DNA of 24,000 nt from Candidatus Wolframiiraptor allenii (lineage in GTDB: Archaea; Thermoproteota; Nitrososphaeria_A; Caldarchaeales; Wolframiiraptoraceae), in the NCBI GenBank assembly GCA_023539495.1, contig JAKCEV010000016.1, positions 1,102 through 25,101 on the forward strand, read 5' to 3'. Numbering within the stretch: the stretch's first letter is position 1; each line of letters begins with the position of its first letter. A program made the translations under genes and the position numbers. Of this stretch, positions 1 to 9,256 are shown piece after piece. The notes beneath the pieces were generated by a model. The model worked only from the letters and a program-made list of their open reading frames with translations, did no database searches and was not told where the DNA came from.

Positions 1-805
1 ACCAACCCCAAATTCCACATAATTCCTAAATCCTAAATTATTATGATAGTATACTCTCATCGAAGAAACCATGATCCTAGAGTAGCTAGAAATATCTGAT
101 CGTGCGCCCGCGCACTATCCCAAGGCAATTACATTTATAGGTGGGGGGATTATGGCCGCATATCCATCATTATGGTTGTGGTAACCGTATTCTGTCTATT
201 GCTCGGCCTTCCTTGAATTCATATTACCCTTGCCTCAGCGAGTCTATTCAGGTTGAAAAATACTATACTTATAGCCTACACCTGAGGGAGAAGCGGGCCC
301 CGAGCCATCTTTAGGGACATCAGCCCTAACTACTATTAGTTCTTCTTTGGCCATGAGGGTTCTAATTTCCTCCCCCACTTCCTATCCTAGGCTTATTCCA
401 GGCTTCTAGTTAGCTCGCCTCTATACCGAATCTAACATGTGTTGTGACTTTGTATGATCTTTCCATCCTGCTTGCTGGTCCGGTGCCAAGATGATGGAAT
501 ACTTGTATTCTTGATTTTCATAGTCCCTCTTGCCCTCTTAATCATAATAAGCGGAGAGATGCTTGTGGGAGGGGTGGCCTGCCGCCGGTCTAGCCTGCTT
601 CATGCTTTCCCACGCGGCTCGTGATATGGGGATGGCCAGCGGAATCATGTTATCTCGGTATCATGTAGTGGCTCGTTCTAGTACGTGGATTATTGGGGCT
701 TTACGTGTTTTTCTGATGTTCTTGGGGTATTATCCCGTCTTCCTGGTTCTATCGGCTTGGAGCCCAGAGTTTCTAGTGATTGGAATATGGTCTAGAATGG
801 GGTGG

Positions 806-815
806 GTTAAATAGG
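806..815 (+). promoter_or_regulatory. Candidate TATA box (gTTAAATAgg) for the giant surface-protein gene
   Basis: A/T-rich element about 30 nt upstream of ATG 844. GAGG lies 5-8 nt upstream of the ATG. Position fits archaeal promoter geometry. Confidence 0.35.
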
Positions 816-843
816 GGTTGAAAGCCCATCTGCGCGAGGAAAA

Positions 844-3800
844 ATGAGTAGGAAGTATAGTTCCTATATTCTAATTGCGCTGCTGTTGCTAGCGACCGCC
901 GCAATAGCCGTCCCAGCGCTTGTAATGCCTGCTGCTGCCCAAGGCGGGTCAGCATGGCTGAAGGTCGTATCCGCATCATGGGTTCCTGACGCCACCAACC
1001 CAGTATATCCGGCAGGAAAAACATTCCCAGAGCGCTATAATGTAACGGGCCAGAGGGCCTTCGTCGAAGTCTATTCCATCGATCCAACCATTGTTGCTAA
1101 ATATCCTACCGAACCCACTAAGGCGATTAGGGAGCTGCAGTTTAGCGGTGAGCCAAACGCCACAGGCTTCGTCAAGATTGGGTGGAAGGTTCCAGATACC
1201 TATGGCCTATTAATAGTTGTTAAGGCGAAGAGCTACTATGGCGAGAAGATAGGCGCCGGAACATGGAACAAGGGAATAATAATGTACGCTCTCGTAGTAG
1301 GGCCGTCGGGAGATGTTGAAAAAGTCGCCGCAAATATGATAAAAAGCGGATGGTCCGATACAGTAACGTCTGATGATGGATTCTATGTAGATATAAGCGG
1401 ATCTGTAAAGGCTGATTTTAATAGCACTGGGTCAGAGAAGTATATGCCCGGTGTCTTCGGCTTCTATAGAGTGGACAGCCTAGCAGAATTCAAGAACACA
1501 TTTAACGATCCCACAAGGGCTTGGGTTGCCACAGCCGCCGTAATATTCCCGCAGTTCTATGTCCACAGCTTCTATGGTATTGCTGACGCCGTCCCCTTCG
1601 CCCAAGTAAAGATCTACGACCTAGATCACACCGATCCAACAAAGCCTGCATCACTCCTACAAGCATTCGTAACAGGTCAAGATGGAGTCTCAAGATACAC
1701 TAGGGAGATATCACCAAAAGATCAGGGACTAACCGATGGAAGATTCCAGAATAACAAATATGTCCCAATACCACTACAGGTGATAAACCTGAACCTGAAG
1801 CAGGCATACAATACATTGATGAACAGACCTTACGGAATTAAGCAGCCTCACCTAAACGCTACCGCCAGAGTCTGGTGGGAGACAGTAGTCGTTGGCCACG
1901 CAATATTCTATGGGCATACGGCAAACGGAACAACAACCTCTACTATACCTTTCGGGCCTGTAGATCCATTATCATCCACGACAACCAGCCCTGTTGAGCT
2001 ATGGGCAACAGTACTCTATGGCAGGTTCTGCGCATATGACGCGGATCCATCCATAAAGTTCCCAAATGTAACTGGAGGACAAACTGGAGACGAACTCATA
2101 AACGCCGTCGTGGGAATAAACCTCAAGACCTCGAACGATGTAGCATACTATGTCACGAAGAACCTCCTAACAACAGATGAGACCGGCTGCACAAATGACC
2201 CACACAAGTATAGGGGAGGATTGCAAGAATCAACATACGCTGAATATGCTAGATTCCCCAACGCAACAATATGGTATGACTTGTACAAGGATGTAACAGG
2301 TCCGGAAGGGAAGCCAGATGGAATACCAGACTACTTCCAGAAGCAATATGGTGGAACAGTTGATGCGCCGAGTTTCTGGGACAAGTTCGGCAAGCACGTA
2401 TACTTCAATGCCAGCGTGATGTATAACCCGGCTGATGCGAAGAACTCCAAGGACATACCTGAAGGCCCGACACTAACCGACATCTCAACAGAGCCGGAGA
2501 AGAGGAGGATTGGAGACGAGGATGTCCTAGACAGCACATATTACAATGGCAACTGGAGCATGTTAGTGGCGGACGTATCCTACGCTAATACTTTGACGCT
2601 AACAGATGACAAGCCATACACGGGACTGGACGTCATAGTTAAGTGGAAGGGCGGATGGAGGAACATATACCCGGGGACCGAGGACCAGGTAGCAGCAATA
2701 CGCGTAAAGAACCCATACGGAATAGCCATTAAGTACACTGGCATACCATTCACATCAAAGCCTGAAGACAATTGGCTATCAGGGTATGCTGCCAAGTGGG
2801 AACCGGGAGAAGGTATACTAAGCATCTGGGCTCATGTCTATGATATTGAATTCGTTGTCGTTGATCAGCTTGGTAATCCATTGCCAGCAGGGGCTGCAGA
2901 GGTCTGCCTAAGATTGCCTAACGGAGCATTCTACTGCCGCACACCAAGCTTAGACGAGAGCCTCAAGACGGGAATGATGTGGAGCTATGCGAGGTTCGGC
3001 GAGGGCCACGTAGTATTCTTCCAGCTACCAGGAAACAAAGGACCATACGGAGTACGAGTAACATACATGGGCGTACAGGTTTACTATGAGCCGGATGAGA
3101 TAAACTATCTAGAGAAGACAGAGCGGGGTCACCTGATCAGGGTGACGGTATACAAGGCCAAGATAATCTTCCTAGACTGCCAGGACAAGCCTGTTGACAA
3201 ACTATGGATTAAGTACACATCGCCAGCGGGCATCACGGACTGGGTGATGACGACGCCGCAGGGAGAACTGGAATTCCCATTCATACCCGGAGGAGTATTG
3301 ACGATAAGCAGGGCATGGTTCAAGGGTGTAGAGGTACCATTAATGAAGGCCACGGACGCGTCCGGCAAGCCAATACCATTAACACCCGCGAATGAGCTGA
3401 AGCTCGAGATAAGCCAGGAGATGGACATGCCCGTCAAGGTCTGGGTCCCGATCAAGGACATAATCTTCTACACGACAGACTTCCAGGGAGAGATGAAGAT
3501 ACCATTCTTGAACGTGACAGTAACATGGCTCGGAACACCAAAGCCATGGAGCACCGAGAAAATCTACTACTTGGAGACGCTAGACCCGACAGGCGACACC
3601 GATGAAGACCTCTTTAACACGACCAAGACCGTGCACCCATTATGGTTCAGCTACAAAGTAGAGACCTTCTTCCAGAAGCTCGCCGAGGACTCACCAATGC
3701 CAGAACTGGTAGAATATGAGGCCAAGTATGTATTCTACCAGATGCCGCCAACAATCTACAACATAACAGTAACGACGGTGGTTGGAGGAGACTATGCGAA

Positions 3801-6800
3801 GGAGGGCATGGAGACACCTGGATCGAGCTTCTGGCCTGGAAGAGACGTTCCAGTACCATATGAGATTAAGATAGACTGGAAGGGATGGGCTGAGAAACAT
3901 GAAGACACCATACCGGTGACTAGAACCGAGTCCGCCGTCAATGACAGGCCCGTCAATGACAGGGTTGTCCTAAGGATCTTCGGATCAATGGGCGGCATAC
4001 CGGTGACGGAGAAGAACTTCCCGAAGTGGCTCGTAGAAGCATGGAACCCGGACAACATTGGAGACAGGACAGCACTAGTCTGCGTGGAGAAGGTGGTACT
4101 CAAGACATGGGCCCACGACTTCTGGACGAGGGTAATTGATGGAGATCTCCGCGTAGGAGATGCACAGTTCAAGATAGAAAACGACAACAAGCAGACAATG
4201 AAATGGTACGACGTATTTGACAAGATGTGGAAGGGATACCTCTTCATCAGCAACTGGACCAGGGATGTAAAGGCTGTATCAGTGCTAGATAAGCTAGACC
4301 TATCATTGAGCCCGATATTCTGGAATGGAAGCTACCAGCTAAAGGACCTGTACTTTGAGACAAACATGACATACATCTACAGCAAGGGCAAGAACGCCAG
4401 CTTTGTATTAGACAAGTTCTACAATGCATCAGCCCCGAACTATGTCGCCAGCGTCCTCAACTTCACGCTAGTCGGAACAGAGAGCCTATGGAGGACCGAC
4501 AGCAGGTTCGCCGAATGGGTCAAGAGGATCACAGGAAAGACTTGGAAGAACTGGTTCGACGGATGGTTCGTGGTCTATGAGCTGCCGAAGCCGACGGACG
4601 AGTACAAGGTCGAGGCAGGGCCTGATGGCAAGGGAGTACTCCCGATACCGATACCGGTAGCATTCGTCAAGCTATCAGCATTCGCGAAGGATGGCAGGAC
4701 GCCGCTAGCAAACGCCCTCATCGAGCTATGGATCGCACACCTAGACGTAAACAAGAGCAACACAGTAAAGATCTCCGACAAAGACGAGGATTGCAAGACA
4801 ATCTACCTCTATAGTCCTGAGGCCAAGGAGGCCGGAGCCGGGACTCCGGTGAAGGTTTGCTGGAAGTGGGAGAAGAAGCTGAAGGAGACAAGCGAGCCAC
4901 AGGTATTCGAGGAGGTCAGATGGGACCGCGTAAACCTCACCTTCACGATAGGCGGGAAATCTGAGACGATCTATGTGCAGGTGCCACCATCGCCGGCCAA
5001 GCTCCTGCTAAGAAACATAGTATCTGTCGATGGCAACAAGAAGCTTGACGTTGCGGTCTCCGCAGACTACGTCTACTTGATGCTGGAGACTCGTGAAACA
5101 CTAGACGGCCTCCTAGCATATGGCAGGTGGTACACGGATGCCGACGGCTACGTGAACAGCTTCAAGGGCCTAGGAAAGGCTGACCCGAGATATGGAACAG
5201 TAGTGCTGCCGATCTCCGGATGGCTGAACGAGACATATAACGACGGTAACCCGCTCACGAAGGACGAGTTCCACTACCAGATTAACGTGGTCTGGAAGAG
5301 CGCAGTCGTATACAGCGACAATGTGGTCCTGGACAAGAAGGGATACGCGATCGGCCCGACAGAGGTTTACAACGTCAGGTTCATGTTCACGCTCTGCAAC
5401 AGCACAGACCCAGCCAACGCGGTCAAGAACCTCAACCTATGGATCTACTACCCGAACGTAACAGCATGGCATGATGAGGATCTATGGAGCAAGGTGCCGC
5501 CAACACCACAGGACTACAAGTCATGTGAGGATAGCGAATTCGGATGCAACCTCAGGGTCACTCTGATCAGCTCAATGGACGCTGACGGCGTCGTGAGCTT
5601 CGACCTCATCCCAGGCCCAAGGTTCATGAACACCACATGGAAGTATGTCTTCAGCGCCAACCACTCGGCGATAACATGGCTGGACGACCTAGTCCACACC
5701 AAGCTGGTGCTCAACAATGAGACGTTCGGAGATGATGGCCTAAGAGCTCCTGGAAAGCTCAGCATAGACGTCCCGATAATGCTCGCGGCAGCCAAGGAGA
5801 TCAACTTCGTCGCCCTAACATGGAGGGATGAGGCTGGAAGGCTGGTACCATACCCGATCCAGGGATACACCGTCAAGTATGCTGTCAGGAAGCTCGACGC
5901 GGGCATAACGGCCATCGAGGGATCCGGAGTAACAGACGCGACAGGAACGGTCAACGTCAAGAGCGGGACAGATCCGACAAAGGTCTTCTGGGTCGGAATG
6001 ACGATCAGATACAGGGTTGAGCCGCCGGCATACACAAGCGACTACGCCGCGGACTTCTGGAAGGCATGGCTGACAGGCAAGGATGTCGAGCTTGTGGACA
6101 AGAAGGCAGAGTACGTCAAGCCAGCGGTAGAGCCCAAGATGACGCACGCATACTTCCCAGACGAGTCGCCATATGCGTACGCGATAACCGAGATAGACAC
6201 AGTATTCGTGCCGAGAGCTGACGGCAAGTACGACTGCGTCGGTCTCTGCGTCGTCAATGCTAGGAGCAAGCCATTCCTAGTCCGCGTAGATTACACAGCC
6301 GTGACGGTGCAGGTCCAAGACTTCAATGGCAGGCCGATCGAGGGTGTTCTAGTGATGCTCGTAGACAAGGCGACAGGAAAGCTAGCGGCATGGCACTACA
6401 CAGCTGGAAAGCCATGGACGGCCAAGCCGGTTGACGACGTCTACCTGAGGAAATACCATGTCGCCAAGTTGATGGACGAGGAGCGCAGCTTTGGAGGAGC
6501 AGGTTACACCGGAGTAATGAACGTCTCAATAGGCCCAGTCAAGTACGATGTCGATAATGATGACAAGGTTGACGTTGATCTAAGCGATCGTGGAATCCTT
6601 GGAGGAAGACTTGTGACATACATCGTGAGGACATTCTACCTACCAGCGCAGGAGAAAGTCAACGACGAGGCGATGAAGCCGGTCTGGCCATACCTACCTG
6701 GCAAGGCACAGGAGGTCTACAATAGCGAGCGCGACCAGGTAGAGTGGAAGGTCCTGCTACCGAGAGCGCTGCCAACTGGAACGCTCTACATACCGTCCTA

Positions 6801-8022
6801 CGAGGCTCCAACAGGCTCCCTAGTCAAGGAACATGCTGATGTAAGAGCAGCAGTCTTCGACGCCAAGATGAGGTTCGGATATGAGGGCAAGACCCTCACA
6901 CCGGACATCACTAAGGACCTGAAGATAGTTGTCGAGGCCAAGGAGATTGGCTTCAAGGCAGAGTTCAGCGGAAGAGACACGATTAGCCTGCTAATGCTGC
7001 CGAGAGGAACATACACGGTTGAGGTGACGTGGAAGGGCGAGACTGTTGCTAGGAAGACATTCGACCTCAGCACGGTTAACATCGGAACGGTCACGATGGA
7101 TGTTGAGCTAGGCCTCACGGACGCCATCTTCGCGGTCAAGGACCTCGCTGGTAGGGCGATACCGGTAGCGCCTGACAAGATCTCGGTTGAGAACGGGCCA
7201 TATGCCAGTATCTCGGTCAAGGATAACAAGGTCAACGTTGTCGCAATGGTCAAGAGCAAGACCTACACGGTGACCGTCAAGTACGCAGCATATGGCAAGA
7301 GCACAGCCGCCTCATACGTCGGGCTACCGGAGGGCCTCAAGGAGATACTGCTACCAGTCGGCGACATAACAATAACGGTCGTAGATGTCGATGGAAGACC
7401 TGTTGGAGGAGCAACGGTTAAGCTCGAGGGCGTGGAGGCCAAGACCGACAGCCAGGGCAGGGCAATATTCCAGATGCTGCCACTCGAGGATGAGACCGGC
7501 AAGCCGATATCATACTCGGTCACCGTGACTAGGGAGAAGACGATAACGACCACGATAACGGCCTCGAGATCCAGCACCGACTTCAAGATACTATACGGCC
7601 TAGGAAGCATCAAGGTGATAGTCAGGGGCGCTGCAGGGCAGCCGCTAGCCGGAGCCAAGGTAGACATCCTAAGCGCAGGAGCACTAGTCGGAACAGCGGT
7701 AACAGATGACAAGGGTGAGGCAACATTCACAGGGCTCGCCGAGGGCACCTACACGGTCAAGGTCGACTGGAAGACATTCAAGGACGAGAAGTCGGTCACC
7801 TTAACAGAGGACGAGATAATGAAGAAGGTGCCGAAGACAGTTGAGTTCGCGCTGCCACCATTCACCGAGATAGCTGGAGTACCGCTAGACTTCGGGACAT
7901 TCGTGGCGCTGATCGTCGGCATCATACTGCTAGTCATCGTCCTAGCGATAATCATCAGCGAGTACGTCCGCTGGCGCGGGCGCAGGCTCGGCATCTACCC
8001 ACCGCCACCACCAAAGAAGTAA
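844..8022 (+). CDS. Giant (2392 aa) secreted, glycosylated, C-terminally membrane-anchored cell-surface protein; S-layer or surface-sheath candidate with repeated beta-sandwich (CarboxypepD_reg/Ig-like) modules
   Basis: One uninterrupted 7.2-kb ORF. N-terminal signal peptide (MSRKYSSYILIALLLLATAAIAVPALVMPAAAQ). 27 N-x-S/T sequons by hand count, all before about aa 1890. Recurrent modules such as ITITVVDVDGRPVGGATVKLEG..TDSQGRAIF and IKVIVRGAAGQPLAGAKVDIL..TDDKGEATFTGLAEGTYTVKV. A single C-terminal TM helix (FGTFVALIVGIILLVIVLAIIISEY) is followed by the basic/proline tail RWRGRRLGIYPPPPPKK. Confidence 0.85.
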   Translation: MSRKYSSYILIALLLLATAAIAVPALVMPAAAQGGSAWLKVVSASWVPDATNPVYPAGKTFPERYNVTGQRAFVEVYSIDPTIVAKYPTEPTKAIRELQFSGEPNATGFVKIGWKVPDTYGLLIVVKAKSYYGEKIGAGTWNKGIIMYALVVGPSGDVEKVAANMIKSGWSDTVTSDDGFYVDISGSVKADFNSTGSEKYMPGVFGFYRVDSLAEFKNTFNDPTRAWVATAAVIFPQFYVHSFYGIADAVPFAQVKIYDLDHTDPTKPASLLQAFVTGQDGVSRYTREISPKDQGLTDGRFQNNKYVPIPLQVINLNLKQAYNTLMNRPYGIKQPHLNATARVWWETVVVGHAIFYGHTANGTTTSTIPFGPVDPLSSTTTSPVELWATVLYGRFCAYDADPSIKFPNVTGGQTGDELINAVVGINLKTSNDVAYYVTKNLLTTDETGCTNDPHKYRGGLQESTYAEYARFPNATIWYDLYKDVTGPEGKPDGIPDYFQKQYGGTVDAPSFWDKFGKHVYFNASVMYNPADAKNSKDIPEGPTLTDISTEPEKRRIGDEDVLDSTYYNGNWSMLVADVSYANTLTLTDDKPYTGLDVIVKWKGGWRNIYPGTEDQVAAIRVKNPYGIAIKYTGIPFTSKPEDNWLSGYAAKWEPGEGILSIWAHVYDIEFVVVDQLGNPLPAGAAEVCLRLPNGAFYCRTPSLDESLKTGMMWSYARFGEGHVVFFQLPGNKGPYGVRVTYMGVQVYYEPDEINYLEKTERGHLIRVTVYKAKIIFLDCQDKPVDKLWIKYTSPAGITDWVMTTPQGELEFPFIPGGVLTISRAWFKGVEVPLMKATDASGKPIPLTPANELKLEISQEMDMPVKVWVPIKDIIFYTTDFQGEMKIPFLNVTVTWLGTPKPWSTEKIYYLETLDPTGDTDEDLFNTTKTVHPLWFSYKVETFFQKLAEDSPMPELVEYEAKYVFYQMPPTIYNITVTTVVGGDYAKEGMETPGSSFWPGRDVPVPYEIKIDWKGWAEKHEDTIPVTRTESAVNDRPVNDRVVLRIFGSMGGIPVTEKNFPKWLVEAWNPDNIGDRTALVCVEKVVLKTWAHDFWTRVIDGDLRVGDAQFKIENDNKQTMKWYDVFDKMWKGYLFISNWTRDVKAVSVLDKLDLSLSPIFWNGSYQLKDLYFETNMTYIYSKGKNASFVLDKFYNASAPNYVASVLNFTLVGTESLWRTDSRFAEWVKRITGKTWKNWFDGWFVVYELPKPTDEYKVEAGPDGKGVLPIPIPVAFVKLSAFAKDGRTPLANALIELWIAHLDVNKSNTVKISDKDEDCKTIYLYSPEAKEAGAGTPVKVCWKWEKKLKETSEPQVFEEVRWDRVNLTFTIGGKSETIYVQVPPSPAKLLLRNIVSVDGNKKLDVAVSADYVYLMLETRETLDGLLAYGRWYTDADGYVNSFKGLGKADPRYGTVVLPISGWLNETYNDGNPLTKDEFHYQINVVWKSAVVYSDNVVLDKKGYAIGPTEVYNVRFMFTLCNSTDPANAVKNLNLWIYYPNVTAWHDEDLWSKVPPTPQDYKSCEDSEFGCNLRVTLISSMDADGVVSFDLIPGPRFMNTTWKYVFSANHSAITWLDDLVHTKLVLNNETFGDDGLRAPGKLSIDVPIMLAAAKEINFVALTWRDEAGRLVPYPIQGYTVKYAVRKLDAGITAIEGSGVTDATGTVNVKSGTDPTKVFWVGMTIRYRVEPPAYTSDYAADFWKAWLTGKDVELVDKKAEYVKPAVEPKMTHAYFPDESPYAYAITEIDTVFVPRADGKYDCVGLCVVNARSKPFLVRVDYTAVTVQVQDFNGRPIEGVLVMLVDKATGKLAAWHYTAGKPWTAKPVDDVYLRKYHVAKLMDEERSFGGAGYTGVMNVSIGPVKYDVDNDDKVDVDLSDRGILGGRLVTYIVRTFYLPAQEKVNDEAMKPVWPYLPGKAQEVYNSERDQVEWKVLLPRALPTGTLYIPSYEAPTGSLVKEHADVRAAVFDAKMRFGYEGKTLTPDITKDLKIVVEAKEIGFKAEFSGRDTISLLMLPRGTYTVEVTWKGETVARKTFDLSTVNIGTVTMDVELGLTDAIFAVKDLAGRAIPVAPDKISVENGPYASISVKDNKVNVVAMVKSKTYTVTVKYAAYGKSTAASYVGLPEGLKEILLPVGDITITVVDVDGRPVGGATVKLEGVEAKTDSQGRAIFQMLPLEDETGKPISYSVTVTREKTITTTITASRSSTDFKILYGLGSIKVIVRGAAGQPLAGAKVDILSAGALVGTAVTDDKGEATFTGLAEGTYTVKVDWKTFKDEKSVTLTEDEIMKKVPKTVEFALPPFTEIAGVPLDFGTFVALIVGIILLVIVLAIIISEYVRWRGRRLGIYPPPPPKK
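3937..3963 (+). repeat. In-frame 15-bp tandem duplication (GTCAATGACAGG ccc GTCAATGACAGG) inside the giant gene
   Basis: The 12-nt exact repeat occurs at 3937-3948 and 3952-3963, encoding VNDRP/VNDRV. Confidence 0.8.
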
Positions 8023-8040
8023 AACACCCCAATCCTTCCC

Positions 8041-8067
8041 AATTTTTTAAACTCCCCAAATTTTTTA
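8041..8067 (+). terminator. Oligo-T terminator signals after the giant gene
   Basis: Two T6 tracts (8043-8048 and 8061-8066) lie in similar contexts (CCCAATTTTTT / CCCAAATTTTTT), 20-45 nt after the stop codon. Archaeal RNAP terminates at oligo-T. Confidence 0.55.
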
Positions 8068-8185
8068 TGAAAAAACTTTCCAGAGAGGCTGATCTCTCTT
8101 CCGCACCCCACGTCATCTCAGAGTATTCTGGGCTCTCTTCCGGGGAGGAAAAACCTAATACACTAGAGGCTGGAGCATATCGGGG

Positions 8186-9256
8186 ATGAGGTCGAGGCAG
8201 GCCCTAACGCTTACAGCGATCATGCTCCTCGCAGCCTTCATGGCGCAATCAGCCTTATGTCAGGAGCCTGGGAAGAGCTTTGAGACAGCCCCCCTTATCA
8301 AGCTTATACCCGGCGAGATAACAATCCCCGAATCCGGCCAGTATACCCTAGACGCGAACAATAGCCAGCAATGCTTCAGGCTGGACGGCCTCAAGCCGGG
8401 ATACAGGCTGACGATAGAGGCCGAGATAAGCGGTGTTGAGCAGGGCAGGGGCATAATCTCCCTCTACAAGGATTCCGGCGAGCTCATAGCCCAGAGAAAG
8501 ATCCAGTACGGCTCCGGGACAACCGATAAGATAAAGGTGGCGTACCAGCCCAGCCTAGAATCCGGCGGCCAAGTCCAGAGCTATTATCTTACCTTGGGAT
8601 GGTATAGCGGCTCCATGAAATATCGCCTCACTCTTACACTTGAGGATGTCGAGGATTACGCGCCCGGCATGGGTGATGCGGGATCAAGCCCCGACACCGC
8701 AATACGGCTACCAGACCTCCTGCCCGGGAAAATGATCGAGTTTAAAGGATACTTGGCGTCAGCGGATGATGGCGGAGACTTCGCAGACCACGTCGACTAC
8801 TACATAATCAGGGCCAGGTTCAATAATAGCAGGAGCGCGCTCAAGGTCTCGGTAGACCCGCTAGGAGACATGAGGTTATCAACATCACTATTCATGGGGG
8901 ATCGCAGGGTTACATATGGCTCGAGCAGGGAGCCCGGCGGGGAGATCAGGCTTGACATCTCCGGCGAGTGGAAGACAGGCGATGCATACGAGTTCGCCAT
9001 CAGGGTCGACAACCTCGCGGATAGAAGTGGCGGAGGATACGTGATCCGCGCATGGATCGAGGAGCCAAACGCGACGAGCCAGACAACCGAGATCAAGCCA
9101 CCAGGAGGCTTGAACGAGCGGACGCTAACCATGATAATAATGGCTGGAGCCATAGCCCTCGTCGCAATCTCGATACTCATGATATTCCTGATGAGAAGGA
9201 GGATATACCGGGTAGAGGAGGTCGACTGGTGGAGCTACCAGTTTAATCCAGAATGA
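8186..9256 (+). CDS. Secreted, C-terminally anchored protein with two PPC-like (pre-peptidase C-terminal type) beta-sandwich domains
   Basis: Signal peptide MRSRQALTLTAIMLLAAFMAQSALCQ. Two segments follow the pattern G.(S/A)..TA..L..G...G.L....D..DYY.I (e.g. GDAGSSPDTAIRLPDLLPGKMIEFKGYLASADDGGDFADHVDYYIIRA). C-terminal TM helix MIIMAGAIALVAISILMIFLM followed by RRR. Three sequons. Confidence 0.6.
   Translation: MRSRQALTLTAIMLLAAFMAQSALCQEPGKSFETAPLIKLIPGEITIPESGQYTLDANNSQQCFRLDGLKPGYRLTIEAEISGVEQGRGIISLYKDSGELIAQRKIQYGSGTTDKIKVAYQPSLESGGQVQSYYLTLGWYSGSMKYRLTLTLEDVEDYAPGMGDAGSSPDTAIRLPDLLPGKMIEFKGYLASADDGGDFADHVDYYIIRARFNNSRSALKVSVDPLGDMRLSTSLFMGDRRVTYGSSREPGGEIRLDISGEWKTGDAYEFAIRVDNLADRSGGGYVIRAWIEEPNATSQTTEIKPPGGLNERTLTMIIMAGAIALVAISILMIFLMRRRIYRVEEVDWWSYQFNPE

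Noticed and set aside
244-354. 36-codon minus-strand ORF (MAKEELIVVRADVPKDGSGPASPSGVGYKYSIFQPE) with a GGGGGAGG string upstream
   Set aside because: It is too short, has no recognisable family and no TATA box at the right distance. It is mentioned only as part of the unexplained spacer.
488-497. C-box-like AGATGATGG in the upstream spacer
   Set aside because: The last position mismatches, and no CUGA D box or second box set lies within 70 nt.
563-814. 83-aa ORF (TTG start) upstream of the giant gene
   Set aside because: It has a non-canonical start with no promoter or SD geometry, odd Trp/Gly/Met-rich composition and no recognisable motif. It lies in an A/T-rich spacer and is treated as non-coding.
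773-8022. About 20 antisense or off-frame ORFs of 60-173 aa inside the giant gene (e.g. 5514-6035, 7263-7748, 3792-4253)
   Set aside because: They are shadow ORFs of a 7.2-kb uninterrupted reading frame. They are low-complexity Ser/Pro/Leu-rich products without motifs.
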